From contig NZ_CP080507.1 of assembly GCF_019464535.1 (NCBI RefSeq), forward strand, positions 2,970,001 through 3,002,000: a stretch of DNA of 32,000 bases, in the 5' to 3' direction. The notes under the pieces are model-generated. The model made no database searches. It worked only from the letters and a program-made list of their open reading frames with translations, and was not told where the DNA came from. This DNA comes from Horticoccus luteus. GTDB lineage: Bacteria; Verrucomicrobiota; Verrucomicrobiia; Opitutales; Opitutaceae. Position 1 is the first letter of the stretch, and each line of letters opens with the position of its first letter. The position numbers and the translations under genes are program-made. Of this stretch, positions 1 through 9,222 are shown in pieces.

Positions 1-658
1 GTACGAAAAACTTGAACTGCTGATTCCACCGCCGATCGAGGTGCGTCCATCGGCCGGCAATGGCGTGGTTGAGCGCATCCTGATCGTGGAATTCCAGCCG
101 ACCTTCCTCCTGCTGGATATAGGCGAGCGCCGTTAGATGCGTCCGCTCCGCCCGCCATCGTGCGAGGTCCATCAATAATACGCCCGCGTTGAAGTAGTCT
201 TCCTCGCACGCAAGACCGACCCGCGCGAAATTCTCCGCGCGCGGCTTTTGCACGGCCGCGAGACTGTGCGCGCCCAAGTCCTCCGCCCACAATTCCTCGA
301 CCGCGCGGCACACCACGATGTCGCAATCCAGATAAAGCACCCGTGTCACCTCCGCGGGGAGCACGTCTGGCAGCAGCAAGCGATCATACGTCGCCACGCT
401 CAAGTGCTTGTCCACCTTCGCGCCGCGCAATCGCGCGTCATCCGTCGCGATGGGCACCACGTGAAATTCCCCGCCGAGCGATTCAACCCGGTTGGCGAGG
501 TGCCCCAGCATCTCCGGCTGCAACGACCGGCTCGCCACCCATACGCGCAGCGCCGACGGCTGCGATGCCGTCGCCACCAACGATTCCACCGCGACAGTCA
601 GCGGTTGGAGGTATCCTTCGTCGCAACAAAATGCGATGTCGACATGCCGGGAGGACAT
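1..658 (-). CDS. Glycosyltransferase family 8 (LPS/glycan alpha-glycosyltransferase-like), 3' end cut by window edge
   Basis: Not in the ORF track because it runs off the window. My own minus-strand translation from ATG 658-656 gives MSSRHVDIAFCCDEGYLQPL...RVLYLDCDIVV (DxD)...DYFNAGVLLMDLARWR...FHDQDALNHA. These are hallmark GT8 (RfaI/RfaJ/GspA-like) motifs. The plus-strand ORFs here are Arg/Pro-rich shadows. Confidence 0.8.
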   Translation of the reverse strand, partial: MSSRHVDIAFCCDEGYLQPLTVAVESLVATASQPSALRVWVASRSLQPEMLGHLANRVESLGGEFHVVPIATDDARLRGAKVDKHLSVATYDRLLLPDVLPAEVTRVLYLDCDIVVCRAVEELWAEDLGAHSLAAVQKPRAENFARVGLACEEDYFNAGVLLMDLARWRAERTHLTALAYIQQEEGRLEFHDQDALNHAIAGRWTHLDRRWNQQFKFFV

Positions 659-820
659 GCACGAACGATCACGCCCGGGCCACCAGCTTCAAGCCAGCCC
701 CCGCCTCTCACGTGATTTTCGGGCATACCCTGATGCGACGTTCAGGAAGCTGTCGCCCTCACCTGTCGTGCAGATGCGTTACGAAGTGTTCACCCTCGCT
801 CTCGCGGCACCCCTCTTCTC

Positions 821-1960
821 ATGCGCATCGGTTTCTTCCTTCGCTATCCTTTTCACGAAAGTATTTTCCGGACCACGCTCGCGGCGGTGCGCACTCGCCA
901 TGAGTGTCTGGTCACTGGCGATCCGCGCGCGCTCACGCGCTTCCGTCCCCATGTCGTCGTGGCCGCCGAAGACATCACCTACCTTCACCTGCGTGCGCAT
1001 CTGCCACGGTCGATTTTTATCCACACCCGCCATGGTCTCGCGAGCAAGGGCGTGCCGGAACGCTCCTTCCGCGCCGCCGATTACGTGTGCGTGACGAGCG
1101 AGTTCGTGCGCTACGACTTTCTGCGCCGTGGCGTCCGCCCCCGACGCGGCTACTGGGTTTTGGGTTATGTGCAGATGGACAATCTCTTCGTCGCCGAACG
1201 CCCGGCCGCGCTCCCGCCCGGGCGTCGCGTGGTGCTGTATGCGCCGACCTGGCACGAAGGCCTTTCCTCGCTCCCGGTCTTGGGCGACCGCATCGTCGAT
1301 CTGCTCCGCGGCCGCCACTCCGACACGATGCTCGTCATCAAGCCGCACCCACTCGTGCAGCAAGGCGCCCGGCCCTCGATCGCCCCGTGGATGGAAACGC
1401 TCCGCCACGCGTGCCGCGGTCGCGATGACGTCATCCTCCTTGAACAACGCGGCCTCGACGTCATGCCATGGCTCAACGCCGCGGACGTGCTCGTCAGTGA
1501 TGCCTCCAGCGTGCAGCTCGAGTTTCTCGCACTCAACCGCCCCATCGTGCTGATCAACAATCCTGCGCGGCTCGTCTCGCCGCATTACGATCCGTCCGGC
1601 TACGAATGGGCGTGGCGCGATATGGGTGACGCCGTCGACGACATCGAAACACTGCCCACCATCATCGATCGCGCGCTCGCTAATCCTCACCACGGCGAAG
1701 CCGACCGCGCGCGTTACCGTGAACGTTTGTTTGGTTCAACGGCCGACGGGCACGCCGGCGAACGCCTCGCTTCGCACATCGATCGCCTCGCCCCCGAAGT
1801 CGCCTCCGAACTGGAGTTGCTCGCCCTCTCGCCCTTCGGCCTCACCTTTGCCCGCCTGCTTCCGCACTTCCGCACGCTCGCCGACACTCGTCGCCGCTGG
1901 ACGCAACGATTCCGCCCCGACCCGCTGACGCCCGCGGTCGCACTCACATCGTCCAAATAA
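821..1960 (+). CDS. CDP-glycerol glycerophosphotransferase family protein (TagB/TagF-like)
   Basis: 379 aa. Motifs VVLYAPTWHEG, LVIKPHP and VLVSDASSVQLEFLALNRPIVLI match the conserved core of the Glyphos_transf family (YAPTWR, K-HP and DYSS-x-FDF-x-PII blocks). It is divergent from the GT8 gene. Confidence 0.75.
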   Translation: MRIGFFLRYPFHESIFRTTLAAVRTRHECLVTGDPRALTRFRPHVVVAAEDITYLHLRAHLPRSIFIHTRHGLASKGVPERSFRAADYVCVTSEFVRYDFLRRGVRPRRGYWVLGYVQMDNLFVAERPAALPPGRRVVLYAPTWHEGLSSLPVLGDRIVDLLRGRHSDTMLVIKPHPLVQQGARPSIAPWMETLRHACRGRDDVILLEQRGLDVMPWLNAADVLVSDASSVQLEFLALNRPIVLINNPARLVSPHYDPSGYEWAWRDMGDAVDDIETLPTIIDRALANPHHGEADRARYRERLFGSTADGHAGERLASHIDRLAPEVASELELLALSPFGLTFARLLPHFRTLADTRRRWTQRFRPDPLTPAVALTSSK

Positions 1961-2016
1961 CTGCCCAGCTCTCGCCCTGCGGGCCACTCGCGAACTCGTG
2001 CCCCGCGGGCGTCCGC

Positions 2017-4425
2017 CTACTCGTCCACCCACAACCGGCAACTCAACGCCGGCAGGGCGAGTTCATGCGGCAGCCGCTCTGACGCTTCGTCCGGCGAACG
2101 AAACGCCGCCTGATCCGCGACCAGCCGCCAATCACGGTTCAGCACGCTCTCGTCGTTGAAAACCAGCCGCGCCGCATGCGTGTTCGGGTTGATCGCGAAA
2201 AGCAGCCGCTCGCGCCCTTGCGATTCGTCCGCATTGTAGAGCAACGCACACGCCGTCGAATCGCCGGGCGCAAACACGCGAAAATAAGTTTCCGTCGGCG
2301 GAGAATACAGCCGCAGCAGTCGGCCAAGCCGGCCCGCGCGAAACTGGATCCAATTCGCGAAATACGCGTGCGTCGCCGCAAACGCCTCGGCCCGTTTGTA
2401 ATCCAGCGCGTTCAGGTCGCCCCGCTGATACGTGTTGTTCACCCCGTGCTTCGAGCGCAGGAAGTCCTGCCCGGCCGCCAGCATCGGAATGCCCACGGCC
2501 GCCAGCAGACATGCCGCCATCAAATGCGTGCGCACGCGGTCCGCATCGGTCGGACGCGAGCCGTCGAAATCCCCGTTCTCGGTGATCACGTCGATCCATG
2601 TGCGATCGTCGTGCGACTCGGTATAGTTCACCGTCTGCGCCGGCCATTTCGACCAATACCACGGCGAGCCTTTGAGGAAATAGGCGCACCGCTCCGCCGA
2701 TCCGCCCCCGCGCACATACGAGCGCACGAAATCGCGAAAGCCATCGTTCCACGAACTCCAGCCCGTGTCCCGCAACGCGCCGGCGATGTGCCCGCGAAAA
2801 CTCCACGGCTCCGCAATCAACACCACATCGGGCTTCGTTTCCTTCAACGCCGTCTCAATGGCCCGCAACACCTCCACGCCCAGCAACTCTGCCAGATCGA
2901 AGCGAAAACCGTCCACGCCATACGCCTCGATCAGATGCCGGCAACTGTCGATGATCAGCCGCTGCGCCATCGCCGCTGACGCCCGCAGGTCGTTTCCGCA
3001 CCCGCTCCAGTTCGTCAGTCGGCCAGCCTCGTCCTGCTCGAAATAGTAGCGCCGGTCGATCGCCATCAGATGCGGCGGCACACCCACATGGTTGAACACG
3101 ACATCCAGCAGCACGGCGATCCCGCGCCGGTGACACGCCGCCACGAGCGCCTGCAGCTCGCGCACGCCCGAGGCGCGTTCCGCGTTCAACGCATACGCAC
3201 TCGCCGGCGCGAACCAGTTCACCGTCATGTAGCCCCAGTGGTATTCAGCGGGTGTCTGGCTGTCGAATTCCTGCACCGGCTGCAGCTCGAGACAATTCGC
3301 GCCCAGCGCATGCACGTAGAATTCCGGACTCTCCACCCATTTGCGCAGGCCCGTGAATCCCATCCGCTCCGCCGGACTCAGCTTGATCGGCGCATTGGCC
3401 GCGAGATCGCGCACGTGCCCTTCGACGATCACCAGATCCTGCCATCTTGGCGTCGCCCGGCGGTCGCCGCGTCCGATCCACGCCTGGTCCAGCACCATGC
3501 CCGGCCCTTTCCGTCCCACCGCCGCGAAAGCGTATGGATCGAGCACGCCTTCATGCCGCTCGCTCACACCCCGCCCGTCGCGCGGACCCTCGATCGCATA
3601 GCTATAGAACCAGCCGTGCAGATTCTGGTTCACCGTCACCTCCCACACCGCCGGTTCATCCGCGCGCCGCACCAGGTCAAACGCCGTCGCGCGCGCCACC
3701 TCCGCCACCATCGCCGCCGCACGCACCTGCACCCGCCGCGCCCGCGGCGCAAACAACCGGAACGTCGTCGCTCCGCGGCGCACGAGCGCGCCCAGCGGCA
3801 GCTCCGTTTTCAACGCGAAGAAAAAATCGCCCGGTTCCACCGCCACGGCCTCCACCCCGTCCGCGCCGATGGCCAGCACCGTCCACGTCTCCGCCAAATC
3901 CAACGCGGCCGCCGTGGTGAACGCATGCAACTGCGCGCCAGTCCGCGCCGGATCCAGGCCGCGATTCGCGTGCCCCGCGTCGTCCGTCACGCGGTTGGGA
4001 GCGTTGTCCGGCACGCCCACCCATTGATGCTCGGCGGTCACGAATTTAAAACGCCGCCACGGCTCCGTCAGCAGCCCCGCTCCTTCGACCGCGCGCCGCC
4101 AGACCGGCTCACCCAGCAGTTCCCCTGCTTCGAGCAGCCAGTTGTCCTGCCCGACGGCCTGCTGCCAGCCATTGAAATCGCCGGCCACGTAAATGCGTTC
4201 ACTCCGCCCCGGCGCGCGCGGCAGCACAAAATTCACCCGGCCGCCGTCATCCACGTAATAACCGTAACGCGTCGCGGCCGCTTCCCGCGGAGCCGCCGCA
4301 AACGTCACGTGCGGCCGCGTGTTCTCGAATCCCTGCAACGCGAGCACGGGGGCGGCGTCGCCCGACCAATCGCGCGTAAATTCCACATAGCCCCGCGTCG
4401 CGGATTCGAGCCACGCCCGCACCAT
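2017..4425 (-). CDS. GH13 pullulanase-type alpha-1,6-glucosidase / glycogen debranching enzyme with N-terminal CBM48-like modules
   Basis: All four GH13 conserved regions are present: LLDVVFNHV, VDGFRFDLAE, VLIAEPW, NYTESHDD. Upstream lie CBM48-like segments (RIYVAGDFNGWQ...FKFV, and TFRLFAPRARRVQV...VWEVTV...GWFYSY). The start is set at ATG 4425 (MVRAWLES), with an in-frame GTG at 4446 as alternative. The track ORF extends to 5577, but that part is antisense to mnmA. Confidence 0.85.
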   Translation of the reverse strand: MVRAWLESATRGYVEFTRDWSGDAAPVLALQGFENTRPHVTFAAAPREAAATRYGYYVDDGGRVNFVLPRAPGRSERIYVAGDFNGWQQAVGQDNWLLEAGELLGEPVWRRAVEGAGLLTEPWRRFKFVTAEHQWVGVPDNAPNRVTDDAGHANRGLDPARTGAQLHAFTTAAALDLAETWTVLAIGADGVEAVAVEPGDFFFALKTELPLGALVRRGATTFRLFAPRARRVQVRAAAMVAEVARATAFDLVRRADEPAVWEVTVNQNLHGWFYSYAIEGPRDGRGVSERHEGVLDPYAFAAVGRKGPGMVLDQAWIGRGDRRATPRWQDLVIVEGHVRDLAANAPIKLSPAERMGFTGLRKWVESPEFYVHALGANCLELQPVQEFDSQTPAEYHWGYMTVNWFAPASAYALNAERASGVRELQALVAACHRRGIAVLLDVVFNHVGVPPHLMAIDRRYYFEQDEAGRLTNWSGCGNDLRASAAMAQRLIIDSCRHLIEAYGVDGFRFDLAELLGVEVLRAIETALKETKPDVVLIAEPWSFRGHIAGALRDTGWSSWNDGFRDFVRSYVRGGGSAERCAYFLKGSPWYWSKWPAQTVNYTESHDDRTWIDVITENGDFDGSRPTDADRVRTHLMAACLLAAVGIPMLAAGQDFLRSKHGVNNTYQRGDLNALDYKRAEAFAATHAYFANWIQFRAGRLGRLLRLYSPPTETYFRVFAPGDSTACALLYNADESQGRERLLFAINPNTHAARLVFNDESVLNRDWRLVADQAAFRSPDEASERLPHELALPALSCRLWVDE

Positions 4426-4686
4426 CGTATTCGCCCGGCCGCTCACTGCGTCCCCTCGCTCGTCAAACTCGACCCGCTTCGCGTCTGGGCAGTCGCCCGC
4501 CACCTCGCGATCGTTCGTTCGGCCGCACAGGTCGATGCTGCCACTTCGCCAAACCTTGGCCGGGTAAAAATCCGATGCACCGCGCCACTTTGCGACCGCC
4601 CCGCGTCGCCGCAAGCGTGACGGTAAATCCTTCTCCGGTCCCCGCGCAGATTTGACAATCCGCCGCCGACCTTCGTCGCTCCTCGC

Positions 4687-5787
4687 GTGTCCGCGCGTGA
4701 AAAAATCCTCGTCGCCATGTCCGGTGGCGTTGACAGCTCCGTCGCCGCCCTGCTGCTCCAGCGCCAGGGCTGCGACGTGGTCGGCGCTTACATGAAAAAC
4801 TGGATCAACGAGGAAAACGTCATCGGCCACTGCCCGTGGGAGCAGGACATCGTCGACGCGCGGGCCGTCGCCGACCAGCTCGGCATCGAGTTTCACGTCG
4901 TCAACCTCATGCGCGATTACCGCGCCCGCATTGTTGATTACCTGCTCGACGGTTACGCGCGCGGACTCACGCCCAATCCCGACGTGATGTGCAATCGCGA
5001 GATCAAGTTCGGCGTCTTCCGCCAATGGGGCCGCGATCACGGCTTCACCGCCATCGCCACCGGCCACTACGCCCGGCGAGTCCTCGCGAAGCCGGCCCTC
5101 ACCGATGCTCCCGCCACCTATTCCCTCCTCGAGGGCGCGGACAAAAACAAAGACCAGTCCTACTTTCTCGCGCTCCTTAACCAGGAGCAGTTGCGTGATG
5201 CGCGTTTTCCCATCGGCGATTTGCCCAAACCCGAACTCCGCCGCCTCGCCCACGAAGCCGGCCTCGCCACCGCCGCGAAAAAAGACAGCCAGGGCATCTG
5301 CTTCATCGGCGAGGTGAAGATGCAGGATTTCCTCCGCACGTTCGTCCCCGACCAACCCGGCCCCATCGTTCGCGCGACCGACGGCGCCGTGCTCGGCACT
5401 CACCGCGGCTTGCATCTCTACACCCTCGGCCAACGACGCGGAATCGGCATCCCCTCGAACACCGATTTTCAAAACTACGTGGTCGTCGGCAAACGCGCCG
5501 CCGATCGCGCTCTGCTCGTCGCGTTCGATGGTCCCGATGCCCCCGGCCTCTTCTGTCGCGAAATTCGCGTTCACCACCTGAGCTGGATCGGTGCACCCGT
5601 CAGCACGCCCGCGGCACTCGAAGGCCGTGTCCGCTACCGCGACCCCCGCGTCCCTCTTGAGTATTTACCCGCAGCCGACGGCGGCGCCCTCGTGCGCTTC
5701 GCCACGCCGCAACGCGCTCTCGCGGCGGGCCAGGTCCTTGCGCTGTATCGCGGCGAGCAACTGCTCGGCGGCGGCGTTTATCTGTAA
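4687..5787 (+). CDS. mnmA: tRNA-specific 2-thiouridylase (tRNA 5-methylaminomethyl-2-thiouridine synthesis)
   Basis: GTG start. The N-terminus is [19 protein letters not shown] (PP-loop SGGxDS), followed by [18 protein letters not shown] and DSQGICFIG. Length of 366 aa is typical for MnmA. Confidence 0.95.
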   Translation: MSAREKILVAMSGGVDSSVAALLLQRQGCDVVGAYMKNWINEENVIGHCPWEQDIVDARAVADQLGIEFHVVNLMRDYRARIVDYLLDGYARGLTPNPDVMCNREIKFGVFRQWGRDHGFTAIATGHYARRVLAKPALTDAPATYSLLEGADKNKDQSYFLALLNQEQLRDARFPIGDLPKPELRRLAHEAGLATAAKKDSQGICFIGEVKMQDFLRTFVPDQPGPIVRATDGAVLGTHRGLHLYTLGQRRGIGIPSNTDFQNYVVVGKRAADRALLVAFDGPDAPGLFCREIRVHHLSWIGAPVSTPAALEGRVRYRDPRVPLEYLPAADGGALVRFATPQRALAAGQVLALYRGEQLLGGGVYL

Positions 5788-5867
5788 ACCGCTTAGGTGC
5801 GCGCGCTCCCTCGTTTTTCGCGTAAAACGCGTGACGCCTTGCAGCGCTCCGCCACGATTACGGCGCC

Positions 5868-8036
5868 ATGAACGTCATCCCGGCCCGCCTCCGCGCCTCT
5901 TTCGCGCAGCAGGCGCTGCGTCCGGACCTCGCCCGCGCGGTTCGCTCCACGGTCGCGTTCATGCCGCCCGTCTTGTTGATGAACGCCGGCCTCGTCTCGC
6001 ACCTGGCCGTCTTCTCCGCCATCGCCGCGCAAAGCGTCGCCATGGTCGACGTGCGTGGCCCTTATCGCCTGCGGGTCGGCCTGCTCCTCGCCATGGCCGC
6101 GATTCTCGCCGGCGCCACTCAACTGGGCGTGTGCGGCGCGGCCTCACTCCTCGCCGCCGTGCTGCTCACCGCGCTCGTGGGCGTGTTGATGGGAGCCTGG
6201 CGACACCTGAGCTCCGACTACGGCCCGTCGCTCGCCGCTTCGTCCGCCCTGCTGTTTCTGATCGCACTTGCGACGCCCGCGATTCCCGCCGGCCACGCTG
6301 GCGCGGCCATCTACACCCTCGGTGGCGCACTCGGCGGCGTGGCGCTGCAGGCGTTCCTCTGGCCTTGGCGCGCGCAACATCCGCTCCGTCGCGCCGTCGC
6401 GGAAAGCTGGCTCGCCTTGGGCAATCTGTTCGCCGCGCTCGCCAACGATGAGCCGCGCACCGCCGACGCGCGCTCCGCCAACCTCGCACAACTCGAAAGC
6501 GATCTCCGCACCGCGCTCGATCAAACCTACGCGACTCTCGCCGCCGCCCGCATCGGCCGGGCACACGCGTTTCAAACCCATTTGGAAGAACTCCATCTCA
6601 CCGGCGCGCGCCTCGCCACCCGCGTCGTCGTGCTGCACACGGCCCTCGACAGCCTGCGCGCCGATGCCGCTCTCGCCCCGCTCGCCGCCGCCGCGCAACC
6701 CGCACTCGTTTCGCTCTCCAACCTCGCGCGCTCCATCGCCACCGCGGTCATTTCCCGTCAGCCCTCGCAACTCGCCTCCTGCGAAGTCCGCCTCCAGCGC
6801 CTCGGCAATCTCCTCCGCGTCTTGCAGGCCCGGCTCGCCGCGCAAGCGCCCGCCTCCACCGATGCCGGCCAGGTCGCCGAGTTGCTGCGCCAACTCGCCG
6901 CCGAACTCCCCACGTTGCGCGCCCGCCTCCGCGCCACCATCGATCGCGCCGACGAGCGCGGGGCCTTTTCGCTGGAGCTTTTCGACGTCAACACGTGGTC
7001 GCTGCGCCCGGTCACCGCGACCTTGAATCTTCGCCCCCACGTCACGCGCACGCTTCTGCGTTTCACCGCCCGCCTCACAGTGTTGCTCGTGGCCGGCGTC
7101 GCCGCGTTCAAAGGCTTCGGCCTCGCCCACGGCTATTGGTTGCCACTCACGATCGTCGTCGTGCTGCAGCCCGACTACGGCTCGACCCGCCGGCGCGCTG
7201 CGCAACGCCTCCTCGGCACTCTCACCGGCGTCGCGCTCGCCAGTCTCATTGTCTCCCTGCCGCTCCCCGCCGGCCTCCTTACCGCCATCATCGGACTCAC
7301 GATGTTCGGTTTCGCTTACTACGTCCGCAACCACTACGGCCGCGCGGTTTTCTTCGTCACGATCATGGTCGTGTGCCTCCTCGGTGCGGCCGGCGCCGCC
7401 GGTGGCGGTTACGCCGTCGCCCTCGAACGCCTCCTCGCCACCGCCGCCGGCGGTGCGCTCGCGATGCTGGCGGCGCTGCTCTTCTGGCCCGTGTGGGAAA
7501 ACGACCGGCTGCCCCCCATCCTCGCCCGGGCCTTGGTCGCCAATCGCGACTACTGGCGGATCCTGCAGCAGCGTCTCGCGCAGGGCGGCACGTATGATGC
7601 CCCGGTCGTCGCCGCCAAGCGCGCCGCTGAAGTCGCCAACAGCAACGTCTTCGCCTCGCTGCAACGCCTGTTCGGCGATCCCAAGAACCACCAGGCCCGC
7701 GTGGAGCTTTTCGCCGCCCTCGCCAACGGCAACCAGCGCCTGACCCGCGCCTTCACCGGCCTCGCACTGCATCTCAGCACCGACACCCCTCTGGCTTCGC
7801 CCCCGCTCGCCCACTTCGGCGACCTCACCGCACGCGCGCTGGATGGCATCTCCACGCGCCTCGCATCCGGCGCCTCCCCCGAGCGTGACGAAGCCTGCCG
7901 CACCCTCCTTGCCGACTTGGAAAAGGCGACCATCCCCACCGGCGAAGACGAGCGCCACCGCTGGATCTCCGCCCAACTCGCCCGCGTCAACACCGAGACG
8001 ACCGCGCTCCTCCTCGCCGCCAGCCAACTCGCCTGA
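5868..8036 (+). CDS. FUSC/YccS-family integral membrane protein (putative efflux or aromatic-acid exporter-like)
   Basis: 722 aa with two hydrophobic multi-TM blocks separated by a long Ala/Leu/Arg-rich helical region. The second block starts with the family-typical YWLPLTIVVVLQPDYGSTRRRAAQRLLGTLTGV. Confidence 0.75.
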   Translation: MNVIPARLRASFAQQALRPDLARAVRSTVAFMPPVLLMNAGLVSHLAVFSAIAAQSVAMVDVRGPYRLRVGLLLAMAAILAGATQLGVCGAASLLAAVLLTALVGVLMGAWRHLSSDYGPSLAASSALLFLIALATPAIPAGHAGAAIYTLGGALGGVALQAFLWPWRAQHPLRRAVAESWLALGNLFAALANDEPRTADARSANLAQLESDLRTALDQTYATLAAARIGRAHAFQTHLEELHLTGARLATRVVVLHTALDSLRADAALAPLAAAAQPALVSLSNLARSIATAVISRQPSQLASCEVRLQRLGNLLRVLQARLAAQAPASTDAGQVAELLRQLAAELPTLRARLRATIDRADERGAFSLELFDVNTWSLRPVTATLNLRPHVTRTLLRFTARLTVLLVAGVAAFKGFGLAHGYWLPLTIVVVLQPDYGSTRRRAAQRLLGTLTGVALASLIVSLPLPAGLLTAIIGLTMFGFAYYVRNHYGRAVFFVTIMVVCLLGAAGAAGGGYAVALERLLATAAGGALAMLAALLFWPVWENDRLPPILARALVANRDYWRILQQRLAQGGTYDAPVVAAKRAAEVANSNVFASLQRLFGDPKNHQARVELFAALANGNQRLTRAFTGLALHLSTDTPLASPPLAHFGDLTARALDGISTRLASGASPERDEACRTLLADLEKATIPTGEDERHRWISAQLARVNTETTALLLAASQLA

Positions 8037-8051
8037 GCCCGCGCCTTGCGT

Positions 8052-8699
8052 TCAACCGACCGTGGCCAGCGCCAGCCGCACGGCGAAGCCCAGCAGCACC
8101 ACGCCCATCACGCGATCGACCCAGTGCCCGTGCTGCAGAAAAACGCGCCGCATCTTTTCCCGGGTGAAGAAAAATGACACCAGCGTGAACCACGCCCCCG
8201 TCGCCACCGCCATCCACGCGCCATAGCCCGCCTGCACCCAACGCGGCGTGTGCGGATCGATGACCACCGAAAACAGCGCGAGAAAAAACAACGTCGCCTT
8301 GGGATTCAGCGCATTCGTGAAAAACCCGATGTTCCAAGCCGCCCGCGCCGACAGTCCCGCCGCCAACGGCGCGACCGCCTCTCCCCCTGGTTGCAGCGCA
8401 TTTTGCGACGCGCGCGCCCGCAATGCGTTGACGCCGATCCACGCGAGGTAGGCCGCGCCGGCGAACTTCAAAACCGTAAACGCCCACGGCGAGCTTTTGA
8501 TCAACAGCCCAATCCCCAGCAGCGAGTAGCTGACGTGCAGCAAAATCCCGCACGCGATGCCGATACTCGTCCACACCGCAAGACGCCGGCCGTGCCGCAG
8601 GCTCTGCTTGACGACGATCGCGAAGTCCGGTCCCGGGCTCATCACCGCCAGCAGGTGGGCGCCCGCGACGGTCAGAAACTCGAGCTCATACGCGCGCAT
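8052..8699 (-). CDS. LysE/RhtB-family amino-acid exporter
   Basis: 215 aa and about 6 TM. The N-terminus FLTVAGAHLLAVMSPGPDFAIVVKQSL is the conserved LysE/RhtB signature region. It converges on the FUSC gene with a 15-nt gap. Confidence 0.85.
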   Translation of the reverse strand: MRAYELEFLTVAGAHLLAVMSPGPDFAIVVKQSLRHGRRLAVWTSIGIACGILLHVSYSLLGIGLLIKSSPWAFTVLKFAGAAYLAWIGVNALRARASQNALQPGGEAVAPLAAGLSARAAWNIGFFTNALNPKATLFFLALFSVVIDPHTPRWVQAGYGAWMAVATGAWFTLVSFFFTREKMRRVFLQHGHWVDRVMGVVLLGFAVRLALATVG

Positions 8700-8709
8700 C
8701 CCGCGTCAC

Positions 8710-9210
8710 TCACAACGCCGCCGCTTTGAAATCCGCCGACGCCAGCCACTGGTCGAATTTCGCGTCCGTGAAATTGCGCACGGCCGCATTGTCCGCGTGC
8801 TTCAGCCGCGCTTGCGCCAGGGTCTTCCTCGCTTCGTCCACCCGCCCGAGCAACGCCAGCGCGTAAACCTGCTGAATCAATGGCGTGGGATTCTTTCCGT
8901 CCTTTTTGTAGGCGGCGCGATACGCATCGAGGCCGTTCGCATACGCCTTTTTCGCCCCGTTGCGATCGTCCTGCCGTCGGCGGATCGTGCCGAGCTGCAA
9001 CCACAGATCGCCATCGCCCGGCGTCAACTTTCCCGCTTCCGCGTAAAGTTTCTCCGCCCGCGGCCAGTCGCGCATCGTCTCCGCAAAATTCGCCTCCGTC
9101 AGCAGGCTCTCCGCCTTTTTGCGCTCCAGCGACGTGGGCTCGCGTTTCGGTTTGCAACCGGTTTCCCCCAGCAGCGCAAGGGCGAGGACGACGAACAACA
9201 GGCGTTTCAT
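8710..9210 (-). CDS. TPR-like repeat protein with signal peptide, probable lipoprotein
   Basis: MKRLLFVVLALALLGETGC is a hydrophobic signal ending in Cys, though the lipobox is non-canonical. Helical repeats with W/Y/A/L/G/P spacing follow (AEKLYAEAGKL, LWLQLGTIRRRQDD..AKKAYANGLDAY, YALALLGRVDEARKTL). The ORF could also start at 9222 (MAESMKR). Confidence 0.6.
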   Translation of the reverse strand: MKRLLFVVLALALLGETGCKPKREPTSLERKKAESLLTEANFAETMRDWPRAEKLYAEAGKLTPGDGDLWLQLGTIRRRQDDRNGAKKAYANGLDAYRAAYKKDGKNPTPLIQQVYALALLGRVDEARKTLAQARLKHADNAAVRNFTDAKFDQWLASADFKAAAL

Positions 9211-9222
9211 AGATTCAGCCAA

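Noticed and set aside
248-1094. Three overlapping plus-strand ORFs (155-200 aa) at the left edge
   Set aside because: They are Arg/Pro/Ser/Ala-rich and mutually overlapping. They lie antisense to a minus-strand reading frame with clear GT8 motifs that the track omitted because it runs off the window.
1961-2016. Two small GCCC-NGC-GGGC hairpins (1974..1984 and 2000..2010) between the convergent TagF-like and GH13 genes, considered as a bidirectional terminator
   Set aside because: The stems are only 4 bp with 3-nt loops and no flanking T/A tracts. This is too weak to call a terminator from sequence alone.
4652-4657. A TTGACA hexamer 30 nt upstream of the mnmA GTG start, considered as a possible -35 box
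   Set aside because: No acceptable -10 hexamer lies at 16-19 nt spacing (the sequence there is GTCGCT). Promoter consensus for this lineage is uncertain, and a single hexamer match is expected by chance.
2017-5577. A 1186-aa ORF in the track that looks like one giant protein
   Set aside because: Only the last 802 codons (from ATG 4425) resemble a GH13 enzyme. The first 384 codons are Gly/Ala/Asp/Glu/Val-rich low-complexity sequence lying exactly antisense to the well-supported mnmA gene. This is a stop-free shadow frame typical of high-GC DNA.
5810-5832. A CGCGT-AAA-ACGCG palindrome downstream of mnmA
   Set aside because: The stem is 5 bp with a 3-nt loop, and the T-run precedes rather than follows the stem on the coding strand. 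This is not a convincing intrinsic terminator or operator.
6144-8027. A 627-aa minus-strand ORF covering the FUSC-family gene
   Set aside because: Its composition is extremely Gly/Glu/Arg/Ala-rich with no motifs. It is antisense to a plus-strand ORF with clear multi-TM architecture and a family signature.
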